57,354 nt of DNA, taken from a virus (Duplodnaviria > Caudoviricetes). Below, one piece after another: positions 28,169-37,329 of the stretch. The stretch spans positions 1 through 57,354 of IMG/VR virus record IMGVR_UViG_3300001279_000002. The stretch is one strand, 5' to 3'. Made by a program: the position numbers and the translations under genes. The notes beneath the pieces were generated by a model. It made no database searches. It was not told the origin of the DNA and saw nothing but the letters and a program-made list of their open reading frames with translations. The first letter of the stretch is position 1; each line of letters begins with the position of its first letter.

Positions 28169-30985
28169 ATGTCCGAATCAAGTTGTAAAGTAAAAAATTC
28201 ACCCCAAGATGCATTAAGTTTTTTGCGCCTCCTGGGCGACGATTGGGGGCAGCGCCTCCACTCTTTCGACCAAGGGCGCAAAGACCTCAAGAATGAAACT
28301 ATTTTCGTAGGCGGCGCTGACGCTTTGGCGGATAGCGACGTTGTCGACGAAATAACAGCGTGGCTGAATGCTCGCCATGCCGCTGGGCAAAACATTTACT
28401 ACGCCCTCAACCCGATACTGCCAAGCCTGCCCAGGGAGCGCAAAGCGACAAAGGCGGACGTCGCCAAAGTCAGCTGGTTCCACGCGGATATTGACCCAAA
28501 AGACGAAAATCTTGCGGGGCCCGTGGAGGGCCAGAGCGAGCGCATCCAGAAAGAAACAGCGCGGCTTAACGAGCTCGTGACGAGCGAAGAACGCCTGAAA
28601 GCTCTTGGAATTGCGCCAGGACTCCCCACGATAGACGTATCGAGCGGCGGCCGTGGCGGAAGGCAACTCCTGTGGAAGCTTGCCGCTCCTATGGAGACGG
28701 CGGGGCAAGAGGCGATCATAGCCCTTGTGGAGAGCCACACGCGCGCCATAGAAACCGCGCTCACAGGAAGCGCCAAATGCTTCAACATCGATCGCGTGTT
28801 GCGCTTGCCGGGAACGGTGAACTTTCCCAATGCAAAAAAGAAAAAGCAGGGAGCGCAGATCGCCCTGGCGTCGCTCGTGTCCCATCACCCAGAGATCGCC
28901 CCGCCCCCCATGTACTTCCCACGCCTCCGCGCCGACGAAACCCTGGCGGATACGGCGCAGGGCGCGGAGGGCATAGCCCAAGGTGCGGCCAAGCCAGCCA
29001 AAAAGGAATGGTGCAAGGCGGAGCCGATTGATGGAGTCCCGACAGACCCGCTGGAGCTGGCGGGCTACCTGGAAAAGTGGGGCGTAGCGCTGCGCACGGT
29101 TGAGCGAATCTGCTTCGGGGGCAATGAAGACGAGCCCAAGATGTATGATTCGCGTTCCGAGAATATGTTCGGAGTTTGCCGGGAGCTGGCGCGCAAGGGA
29201 GTCCCTGACGATGTGATCATAACGCTGATCACAAACGAGGCTTACGCCATTTCCGGCCATGTGCTTGACCCTGAAAAGAATAAACAGCACAAGGGGCCTG
29301 TCCACTACGCTCAGAGGCAGGTTACGCGGGCAAAGGCGGCCAACGCCAAAAGCGCGGCGGAGGAAGCCAAGGCGGCCGACGCGGAAAAGCCAGCGCAGGC
29401 GCAGAAGGCGGCCGACGCGGGAGAGTGCGGCAAGCCGCCAGCCGGCGACGACGGCGACGGAAGCCGCCCGCTCAAGCCGATATTCAACAAGGGCGCCTAT
29501 TCCGAAATGGCGCGGGCCTATCGCGATCGCGTCCGCCCCACAATCCTTGTTGGCCCGTCCGGTGAATTCCTGGCGTGGGAAGGCGCGTGCTATCGCCCGA
29601 TAGACGCGGCTATGGTTGACCACGAGATTCACATATTTCTCGAAGGCAGCCGCCTGCGCATTCCCAGGGGGCGCGGGACGACGGTAATCGATACGGTCGA
29701 CGTGTTGGACACGAAAACCGTCAACGAAACGCGCAACGCCCTGACTCGCATCCAAACGATATCCGCCGACAAGCTTGATTTGCCGTGCTGGCTCAAGCGC
29801 GAAAAAGGCGACCTTCCGGCGAACGAGATTATTTCGTTTCCGAACGGCCTGCTCCATGTCCCATCCGGAACGATGCTCCCCCCAACGCCGCGCTTTTTCA
29901 CGCGCAACGCATTGGAGTTCTCATACGATCCGGAAGCGCCCAAGCCTACGCGGTTCCTGCAGTTTTTGCGGGAGACATGGGGCGAAGATTTAAGCTGCGT
30001 TCAGCTTGCCCAGGAGTGGGCGGGCTATACGCTCATCCCTGACAACTCGCACCATAAGATTCTGGTCCTGACTGGCGTCCAGCGCGGCGGTAAGGGGACG
30101 TATGCGCATATCCTGGAAAGCCTCGTGGGAAAGACAAACACGAGCTGGCCGGAGGCCAATGACCTGGGGGAAAAGTTCGGCGGGGAGGCCCTGATAGGGA
30201 AGTCCCTGGCGATCGTCCCTGAATTCGATCTGGACAGGACGACGCCGGTCAAGCGGATTATCTCCCGCCTGAAGAGCTATGCGGGCGGCGATAGCTTCTC
30301 CGTCCAGCGCAAAAATAAGCAGAACTGGGAGGGGCGGCCGTCGACGCGCGTCGTCATCCTGTCCAACAACGTCCTGTCGTTGCCGGAGGCGTCCGGCGCC
30401 ATGGCGGGCCGGTTCATGCCCCTCCCGATCGAAAACAGCGTTTTCGGCAAAGAGGACACGAAACTAGGGGAAAAGCTCAAGGCTGAATTGCCGGGGATTC
30501 TGCTCTGGGCCATTGAGGGATGGAAGCAGCTTAAAGAGCGTGGGTCCTTTATTCTTGGCGACGCCAGCAAATACGAGCTCGATAAGATATCCCGTTCGTC
30601 GTCTCCGTTGTTGGGCTTCATGGAGGATACGTTCACCTTCGACCCACGCGACAAAACAGCGTTTACGCCCAGGAGCGCCCTGTATCCCGTGTATCAGCGC
30701 TGGGCGAAGGCCAACGGCTACGGCGTGATGGGCATGCAGGCTTTCTGCAACGCCCTTGAAGCCGCTACAGGCCGCCAGCTGAAGCTTTCCCGCCCAGCTG
30801 GCAAGGAGCGCGGGTTTGTCGGCGTGACGATCACAGATGATTGCCAACCAAAAGACGACTTGAGCGGATATGAAGACAACTTCTCAAAAATGAGCCCGTC
30901 CATGAAGTTTGAGATGGATTTGGACAACCACAACAACCGCGTGCGGCCTGCGATCAACGGCGCCGCGTACGATCCGCCCTCCTAA
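28169..30985 (+). CDS. DNA primase-helicase (RepB-type AEP primase + D5/P4-like SF3 helicase)
   Basis: HADID, SSGG.G.Q..WKL, RVLRLPGTVN; FPNGLL (D5_N), GVQRGGKGT Walker A, C-terminal winged helix. Confidence 0.9.
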   Translation: MSESSCKVKNSPQDALSFLRLLGDDWGQRLHSFDQGRKDLKNETIFVGGADALADSDVVDEITAWLNARHAAGQNIYYALNPILPSLPRERKATKADVAKVSWFHADIDPKDENLAGPVEGQSERIQKETARLNELVTSEERLKALGIAPGLPTIDVSSGGRGGRQLLWKLAAPMETAGQEAIIALVESHTRAIETALTGSAKCFNIDRVLRLPGTVNFPNAKKKKQGAQIALASLVSHHPEIAPPPMYFPRLRADETLADTAQGAEGIAQGAAKPAKKEWCKAEPIDGVPTDPLELAGYLEKWGVALRTVERICFGGNEDEPKMYDSRSENMFGVCRELARKGVPDDVIITLITNEAYAISGHVLDPEKNKQHKGPVHYAQRQVTRAKAANAKSAAEEAKAADAEKPAQAQKAADAGECGKPPAGDDGDGSRPLKPIFNKGAYSEMARAYRDRVRPTILVGPSGEFLAWEGACYRPIDAAMVDHEIHIFLEGSRLRIPRGRGTTVIDTVDVLDTKTVNETRNALTRIQTISADKLDLPCWLKREKGDLPANEIISFPNGLLHVPSGTMLPPTPRFFTRNALEFSYDPEAPKPTRFLQFLRETWGEDLSCVQLAQEWAGYTLIPDNSHHKILVLTGVQRGGKGTYAHILESLVGKTNTSWPEANDLGEKFGGEALIGKSLAIVPEFDLDRTTPVKRIISRLKSYAGGDSFSVQRKNKQNWEGRPSTRVVILSNNVLSLPEASGAMAGRFMPLPIENSVFGKEDTKLGEKLKAELPGILLWAIEGWKQLKERGSFILGDASKYELDKISRSSSPLLGFMEDTFTFDPRDKTAFTPRSALYPVYQRWAKANGYGVMGMQAFCNALEAATGRQLKLSRPAGKERGFVGVTITDDCQPKDDLSGYEDNFSKMSPSMKFEMDLDNHNNRVRPAINGAAYDPPS

Positions 30986-31249
30986 GCCGCCGCAGTCCGG
31001 CGCAAAATCAGTCCACGGGCCGTTTTAACGGAATGAGCCCTGCTGTCTAAAAACCTCTCGCCTCGCCAGCGGAGGGCTTTCGCGTGTCTGGAATCCATCG
31101 ACCAAGCCAAAAACGAACGCTCTGGGCCCCCAGCTCCGGGGCGTTTTGGCGTGTTTTCGGCGTGAAGCAGGCGCAAAACCAGCGTGCTGGCGCGAAATTG
31201 GCGTGTTCTTGCGTAATTTCCGCGTAAGACGTATTTTTATTCTGTTTCG

Positions 31250-31635
31250 TTCTTTTTTCAAACCACGCCAAACCAAACTAGGCCCCTCAAAACCACGATT
31301 TCAGGCCAAACCAGACCCTGCAAACCAAGCTTTTGGGGCTCGCCCAGGGGGCGGACGGTCATTTTTGGCCTCGCTACAGGTTTTTTGTTGAGAGGCTCAG
31401 CAGCGGTGAAAAGGGCGGAAATCGAGAAAAAGCTTGGATTTGAGCTCCGCCGTTTGGATTTGAAGGGCCTATTTTGGAGCGAAACCAGCCTAACTTATTG
31501 TTTTATATACCTCCTCCACAAATCCACACATATGAATAGGTACTAGGGGGAGTGTATAGACATTAGTCTAATGATTAGACGTTAGTCTATATGCGCCGTA
31601 TATAGGACGGATTTTGCGCCTTGGATTTGTGGAGC
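31250..31635. other. Putative replication origin A
   Basis: Non-coding, downstream of primase; AT-rich core, TATAGAC..GTCTATA palindrome, many TGGAT/CCAAA short repeats; inverted homology to 49265-49440. Confidence 0.55.
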
Positions 31636-31826
31636 TGCAATTTAGACCTATTCCAGGGTTGGCCGGTGTTCTCCCCTGGGCAAGGGGAACACGCCGATTA
31701 CCCGCCGCCCCGCGCCTTGACGCCGCCCCTACTCCCCCCACGTTTCGTAGGCGGCCACAAAGGCCGTACAGCCCCCTTTACGCGGGGGCGCGCCAACCCA
31801 CAGCCGATCCTATGAATGGAGCCCCT

Positions 31827-32165
31827 ATGAGCCCGATACCCAGCCCCAGAGAGTATGTGTGCGGCGACAGCCTGTCGCTCGTAGCGTCCTACGTTTATCC
31901 CCGTGGCTGGAGGCGTACGAGCGAATCGACGTGGGAGCGCCCTGGGCGAGACGGCGCGCCACCTGTCCACGTCGTCTATGTTTCAGACCCCCGCCGCCTG
32001 ATGGGCGCGCTGGGCGGCGTGCTCCACATGGCGCCGTTCGTCGGCTCCAGGCCGCGCGCACGCCAAGACTTCCTGGATATGGCCGGATGTCGCCGCATGC
32101 GCGTCTCCCACCTGTTCGATATGGAGCGCGCCATTCATGAAGCGCAAAGGCGCTCTTCCCCATGA
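31827..32165 (+). CDS. Hypothetical protein
   Basis: GGAG RBS before MSPIPS. Confidence 0.45.
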   Translation: MSPIPSPREYVCGDSLSLVASYVYPRGWRRTSESTWERPGRDGAPPVHVVYVSDPRRLMGALGGVLHMAPFVGSRPRARQDFLDMAGCRRMRVSHLFDMERAIHEAQRRSSP

Positions 32166-32199
32166 TGGGGTAAAACAGTGGTGCGCGCCAAAAACCCAC

Positions 32200-32228
32200 T
32201 TTACAGCGGCCGAAGGCGCTGGCATGAT
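32200..32228 (+). promoter_or_regulatory. Phage consensus promoter copy upstream of ncRNA array
   Basis: TTTACA-GCGGCCGAAGGCGCTGG-CATGAT. Confidence 0.65.
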
Positions 32229-32669
32229 CCGCCCTGTAGCCGACGCGGCGCCCACAATGCCAAATCAGCGACATACGCCCCAAACGCAACCCGGAGGGGC
32301 TGGCTCCCCCCAAAGCCGCCAGCCCTTCCAACCCAAAACAGTAGTGTATGAAGTCGGAACGCCGTTCCGTTGGCTCAGACACCCACCGTGCTTTTTCTGA
32401 TAGGTAGGCGCGCCGACTTCACCGACTACTGCAACGCATAGCGCCATATGCGCAAGCACATTTCTGTTTCCGATGGTTTTGTCTGTGGAGTCGGCGGCGC
32501 GGCCTGGAATTTGGAACTCAAACTGATTTCGCCCAGCGCCGCCGACTTTCCGCTTTGAGCAAAAATGCCTGACTACAGACGTTTTTGCTGAAGGAGGCCC
32601 CGCTTAGCGTGGGGAGTCATGCTTGCCTCTTTCTGGCCACGCTCCGGATAAGTCGCCAGAAAAACAGGC

Positions 32670-32744
32670 GTGATTTTGTAGCATAGGGGTAGTGCGGCGG
32701 ATTTGTAATCCGTGTCTGCGCCGGTTCGAGTCCGGTCAACCACC
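32670..32744 (+). tRNA. Degenerate tRNA-Thr(TGT)-like element
   Basis: D arm GCAT/GTGC, anticodon arm GCGGA-TTTGTAA-TCCGT, T arm GCCGG-TTCGAGT-CCGGT; acceptor stem mispaired, no CCA. Confidence 0.65.
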
Positions 32745-33318
32745 TTCATCCGTTCTGGAGCGTCGAGGCCCGAAAATCTTGTGTTTCAAACAATTTTTCA
32801 ACCGCCTCGGCGCCTCAGAAACCCGGTTTATGGAATGCCGCCCGGAGACGAATGAGCACGGCTCCAGTAGTCTCGCCAGGGTTAACCGCTCCCCTCCGTC
32901 TCATGGGGAAACGGATGAAGCATAGACGGTGACAGCGCGGAAAGACGGCCCGGATTTAAAAGTTTCCTCCCCGGCGCAAGGTGCGCCACTCGATGCGCGA
33001 TCACGCATTTGAAGGGCCGGTTAAACTCCGTGGGGGAGGGCCAAGTTCCGGTAGCCTCCTGGATTTGAAACCCTCGGGGCACGCTAAAACCGGCGCCGCC
33101 CTGTTAGCGTGGGGCGGCGATAAATTAAAGCGTCGGCGAATGCCCAGGAAACTACATTTGGTATGACGTTTCCGAATCACTTGTCGCCGACGCCTTCGAA
33201 TGCCTGCCCCAGGAAGTAAGCACGGGGTTTCAAAGCTGTCTGCCGGGTCTCAGCCGCCTTGAAACCACCACGCGACAGGGGAGCCCGCGCAGAGGCTTCT
33301 GTAAATATCTGCGCATTT

Positions 33319-33403
33319 TGGCTGGTGGCGTAGCGGTTCCGCATTTCCCGTTCGGCCACAACGAATCGGAAAGACGCAGGTTCGAATCCTGCCCAGCCAA
33401 CTA
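33319..33403 (+). tRNA. tRNA-like element with elongated anticodon arm
   Basis: Acceptor TGGCTGG/CCAGCCA, D arm, T arm GCAGG-TTCGAAT-CCTGC; anticodon stem ~11 bp with loop GCCACAA; ends A-CTA. Confidence 0.7.
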
Positions 33404-33801
33404 ACCGCCATCGTTGCGGCCCGTCGTTCCTCATGCCCTAGCAAATCGCCTGAACCGATTTGCGCCATGGGCTAAACGCTCAAAGCAAAGGCTGACAGCG
33501 GAGGAGTTCAGGCGACGGGCCACAAGGACGGCGGCCATAACAGGCGGCGAGACGCGGGAATCTGCACTACTTACGGCCGGAAGGTTTTGCAGACGATCAA
33601 ATCCGCCGCGCGCGGCGCAAGGGCCTGGGCCTGATGAGGGTCTTTCGTTTCGAGACGGAGCGCGCCGAGTCCTACCGTTCCCCGCCTTCTCGGGGTCACA
33701 GAATCAGCCATGAATGACTTTCTCCATGTGGGGGAATCGCTCCGGCTGGCCCTCCCTGGGCAAGGATCAAAAGGCCCAATCTTCCTTCTATGCACGACTT
33801 A

Positions 33802-33831
33802 GGCGCGCTCCGTATGGGGCGCGCCCTTTTA
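33802..33831 (+). terminator. Rho-independent terminator
   Basis: GGCGCGCTCC-GTAT-GGGGCGCGCC followed by CTTTTATT. Confidence 0.75.
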
Positions 33832-33856
33832 TTGCGTGGTCCTCGCCCATATCCGG

Positions 33857-33883
33857 AGCGCACCGTTGTTTTCCGTTATCCAC
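33857..33883 (+). repeat. Left copy of 27-bp imperfect direct repeat (promoter-like)
   Basis: AGCGCACCGTTGTTTTCCGTTATCCAC, 23/27 identical to 41337-41363. Confidence 0.7.
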
Positions 33884-33962
33884 GCGTGGCGATCCTGGCA
33901 AACTTCGGGTTATCGCAGATTACAGCACACAAACGCAGGCAACCCTAGAGCAGAGGTAAACC

Positions 33963-34319
33963 ATGGATAATGTTGACCTAATCAATCAAACATTTCGATC
34001 AAACGGTTACAGCTATCACGCGGAACACGCGCGCAACGGCATGATGAATGTTTACGACGGCCCTGCGTTCGTCGTGCGCCTCCCAGTAAGCACATCAGCC
34101 GCTCAGGTGCTCCAGACGCTAAACTGCGGCGGCTCAACGACTGTTGTCGTGGATCGCGGCCCATCGTTTGGGCAATGCGTCGCGGAAGGCGTTGGCAACG
34201 GCTTGGGCTTTGGCCTTGGCGTCGCGGCGATCAACAGCATGTTTGGCCACGGCCACGATACGGTCATTCACGAAACTGTCGTCTATGACGACAGCGACGG
34301 CGATTTCTTCGACGACTGA
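33963..34319 (+). CDS. Small protein with glycine-zipper segment and acidic tail
   Basis: GAGG RBS; GVGNGLGFGLGVAA; ends DDSDGDFFDD. Confidence 0.65.
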   Translation: MDNVDLINQTFRSNGYSYHAEHARNGMMNVYDGPAFVVRLPVSTSAAQVLQTLNCGGSTTVVVDRGPSFGQCVAEGVGNGLGFGLGVAAINSMFGHGHDTVIHETVVYDDSDGDFFDD

Positions 34320-34359
34320 CGACGGGAAAAACAAGCGAAACCAGCCAGGGGAGAGCCAC

Positions 34360-36336
34360 ATGTTTGGATTTTCAAAGAGAAAGAAGCGGTTCACCCCTGA
34401 CCGGGATTCCGTTGTGTCTGTCTTTCAGGCCATTTTAAACAGGCTATGTGAAGGCCCCGGAGACGCGGATACATTTGATGTCATCATGATCGATGAAGGA
34501 GACGGAACGACTGCCTCTATCTCGGTTACGCCATCCACCAGACACGCTGTAGTTTCGATTAATCCAATTATCACGTCTCGCCCAAATGAGGACCTGTGGA
34601 CGGCGCTCGCCCATGAGCTTGGTCATAGCTATGCGGACGGAAAGGGCCACGGCCCGGAGTGGTTCGCATGGATGCTAGATCGCGGAATCACGGTGAACAC
34701 CGTGACGATTGAGGGCCGAGAAGTCCAGGGCGAGCCCCACCGCATCATTCGCGGAGGGAGGTTAGATCGTCTCCGCAACAAGTGGCATGAGGAGCACGGT
34801 GTAGAGCCGGACTCCATGTCAGAAAAGTTTGAGCCCCGAATGATTGATTTTCGGGACGTCTCCCCCACGCGCTATTCCCCCCCGGTCCCGTTTACGGAGA
34901 ACCCGGCCGCGATGGCGTACATCGCCCGCAACCCCCCGTCTGGGCCGACTACCCCGGACGTTTATTCTCGTGGTTATGCGGCGGCCTCTCGGAAAGCGCA
35001 ACAGAAAGGAATGGAGAATATGACAGGCCGCGCGTCGGGGTGGTCCACGCCACCGTCAGGAACGACACATCTTGACCAGTCCGGAAATATCAGCGCCCCG
35101 GTAACCGACCTGACGGGGTGGACTGTGGCGCTCGATGTCTCTGCTTCCATGGATTATGCCGTTACAGGGAGCAACAGTTCCCGCTTGGGCGTAGCCAAAC
35201 AACAGCTGCGGAGCTATTGGCCGGAGGGCGGAGGCGCGCGTCTCCTGACATTTTCTCAAGTTATTTCAGAATACGATTCCCCAAAAAAGATTCCCATTCT
35301 TGCAGAGAGTGGGACGCTTTACGGAATACTTTTTCACGCTATTGCCGATAGCGGAAACAGCGAACAAGTATTGATCATATCTGATGGAGATTTGGTTGAT
35401 GATGATAAGTACTCCTCCCAGGAAACTAGGGAAACGGAAGAGTCCGTTCTTGCAGCGCGCCAACGTGCCATTGACTCCGGCGTACGCGTTATCTCCGCAA
35501 TATTCATCGGGGAGATAAATGACCCCGGCTTCTCGTTCATGCGCAAGCTCTGTTATGGCGGGGGCGTGTGCACAGCAGCCCTTGACCCTGGCGCCATGGA
35601 GCAGGCGCTTAACGCTTCAATGAAGGGAGCCCGAGCAGTGGCGAATAACCCTCTAGGCGCCCCCTCCGTAACGGCGGCGGCGCGCCATATCGCTGACCTG
35701 ACCCCATCCATCCAACAACAGGCTACGCATCTAAAACACCGTGTGGAGATTGACTCCCGTGTCGTCGAGCTTGGCCAAACAGTCGCCGACGTTGTCGCCA
35801 ACGTCCACGAGCTTCAGGGCCGGACGATCATCAGTGAATCATTCACTGGTCTTCATGCCCAGGCGGCGGGGATGGCCGTGGACGCCATCCAAAACCAGCG
35901 CGCCCAAGAGGCCGTTGACGCGACGGCGCAAGAGCAGTCGTTAGCCGCTCTGCGCGGGAGCCTGCAAGAGGGCGGCCAAAGGGCGCTTGGGCAGGTCAAG
36001 GCCGGATATGAGGGCATGATTCTCAACCACGCTGCGAAAGTGGCGGCGCTTCCTGTTCATGGTTCTGCTGGAGGCGTTTATGTGAAGGATACAAGACTTG
36101 ACGAGTCCGTGTACGCCAAGGCGAGGGCGCTCCTCAGTGCGCAGAGACAAGGGCAAGCGCAAGAGTCCCGTGTGCTCCCTGCTCCAGCCAGGGAAGCTCA
36201 CCCGCTCCCTCCTCCGGTCAGGGAAACCCGTATGTTGCCTCCCCCAAATCAACATGTCGCAACTTCGCCGATCCTTGACGGGGGGCGTCCCCTATTCAGC
36301 GTCGCCGCCAGGAGGGTTCGCAATGATAGTAACTGA
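34360..36336 (+). CDS. SprT-like zinc metalloprotease fused to VWA domain and helical tail
   Basis: LAHELGH...GHGPEW (HExxH); MIDAS DVSAS...GT...ISDG; start refined to MFGFSK. Confidence 0.8.
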   Translation: MFGFSKRKKRFTPDRDSVVSVFQAILNRLCEGPGDADTFDVIMIDEGDGTTASISVTPSTRHAVVSINPIITSRPNEDLWTALAHELGHSYADGKGHGPEWFAWMLDRGITVNTVTIEGREVQGEPHRIIRGGRLDRLRNKWHEEHGVEPDSMSEKFEPRMIDFRDVSPTRYSPPVPFTENPAAMAYIARNPPSGPTTPDVYSRGYAAASRKAQQKGMENMTGRASGWSTPPSGTTHLDQSGNISAPVTDLTGWTVALDVSASMDYAVTGSNSSRLGVAKQQLRSYWPEGGGARLLTFSQVISEYDSPKKIPILAESGTLYGILFHAIADSGNSEQVLIISDGDLVDDDKYSSQETRETEESVLAARQRAIDSGVRVISAIFIGEINDPGFSFMRKLCYGGGVCTAALDPGAMEQALNASMKGARAVANNPLGAPSVTAAARHIADLTPSIQQQATHLKHRVEIDSRVVELGQTVADVVANVHELQGRTIISESFTGLHAQAAGMAVDAIQNQRAQEAVDATAQEQSLAALRGSLQEGGQRALGQVKAGYEGMILNHAAKVAALPVHGSAGGVYVKDTRLDESVYAKARALLSAQRQGQAQESRVLPAPAREAHPLPPPVRETRMLPPPNQHVATSPILDGGRPLFSVAARRVRNDSN

Positions 36337-36820
36337 GGCGATGGTTGTCCGCCGCCAGCACGATAGGGAGCACCGCAGGCGGGGCTGGCTGATGGTTCCT
36401 TCAGACTACATCGATCAGGTTAAAAAGATCGTGGCTGATTCATTTGACGCTATGGAAGACGCCATTGAACAATACGAATTAATATCTGATAAAAAAATAG
36501 ACCGCCACCCTGCTCTTCTGAAGCTGACGGAAAGCCTTGAAGAGAAGATAATAAAACAAGTCGTGTCGAAGCTATACGCCTGGGGCTGTAAACAATGGAA
36601 TTCCTCCCCAGACGAAGAAAACGTTATCACTAATGAAGCTGCGTATACTTATATATCGCAACTTGTCGCGGGCCTGTTCGCCAATGATACAGCGAAAATA
36701 TATGATTTCTCTCTTGTAGATAGGAGTGACCCCGTCAAGGTGTTAGCTCTTCTTGAACTTCAAAATCTTGAGGAGAGAATAAGAGACGATTTAATATCGG
36801 TTATTGATGGGTGGCGATAG
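36323..36820 (+). CDS. Hypothetical helical protein
   Basis: GGAGG RBS before MIVTEA; overlaps both neighbours; AT-rich. Confidence 0.65.
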   Translation: MIVTEAMVVRRQHDREHRRRGWLMVPSDYIDQVKKIVADSFDAMEDAIEQYELISDKKIDRHPALLKLTESLEEKIIKQVVSKLYAWGCKQWNSSPDEENVITNEAAYTYISQLVAGLFANDTAKIYDFSLVDRSDPVKVLALLELQNLEERIRDDLISVIDGWR

Positions 36821-37329
36821 TGGCGACGGATTTTATTACAGGCGTTGTGCTCCCAACAATGGGGGCGGCATGCGTAGCAGGGACAGCAATGTTTTATGTC
36901 GCCTCTGGGCTCAACCACGGCGGCGCGCAAGAAAGAGGGAAAAGAGATTTGGGACGTTCACTAGTCGACGCCACCCCGCCACCCAGGAAAATTGGGCGAC
37001 GCCGAGAGCTCATTCTTACGCAGACCGAACGCTATGCGCGCATAGAGGCAAAGAAAGACGCCACGAAGCACGGCCCGCGCCTTGACGCGCACGACGTGTT
37101 TTACCAGTGGTTTGCGACGCATATCTTGTTGATAGCCAACCCTACGAACGCGGATGTCATCCCATATGATGACTGGATACAGAGTTACGTGGGCTACTGC
37201 AACGCGCACAAACACCCATTGCTTGATAGTGACGAACAGATCGTGGAAACGATTAAATCCTATGCGCAGGCGAGTCGCTGTTCTATTGGAAATCTGGGAG
37301 AGTTTAATGGCGGCAGACTTAAGGGGTGA
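36811..37329 (+). CDS. Membrane-anchored protein with possible primase-type winged-helix C-terminus
   Basis: N-terminal TM; C-terminal DVFYQWF...YVGYC..H.HP pattern. Confidence 0.6.
   Translation: MAIVATDFITGVVLPTMGAACVAGTAMFYVASGLNHGGAQERGKRDLGRSLVDATPPPRKIGRRRELILTQTERYARIEAKKDATKHGPRLDAHDVFYQWFATHILLIANPTNADVIPYDDWIQSYVGYCNAHKHPLLDSDEQIVETIKSYAQASRCSIGNLGEFNGGRLKG

Larger units (their letters stand above)
32480..33830 (+). ncRNA. Large structured non-coding RNA array with multiple pseudoknots
   Basis: No credible ORF. Long helices: 32488/32548, CTTCATCCGTT 32744 with AACGGATGAAG 32910, TTTGAAACCC 33064 with GGGTTTCAAA, GCGTCGGCGA 33130 with TCGCCGACGC 33184, GGCCCGTCG with CGACGGGCC. Bounded by promoter and terminator. 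Confidence 0.7.

Noticed and set aside
12042-30985. Inteins in polymerase, helicases or primase
   Set aside because: Protein lengths are ordinary and no C/S...HN splice motifs or LAGLIDADG blocks were seen
32670-33403. tmRNA or functional canonical tRNA genes
   Set aside because: No Ala-type G3.U70 acceptor or tag ORF recognised; both tRNA-like elements have disabling anomalies
33440-33500. c-di-GMP-I riboswitch suggested by GCAAA, GGGCTAA and TGACAGC fragments
   Set aside because: Lacks the GNRA-capped P2 and GACGCAAAGC junction, and is not upstream of a gene; kept only as an unknown structured domain
33625-33680. Hammerhead ribozyme suggested by CTGATGAG at 33631
   Set aside because: No GAAA core after a stem II and no matching cleavage-site stems found
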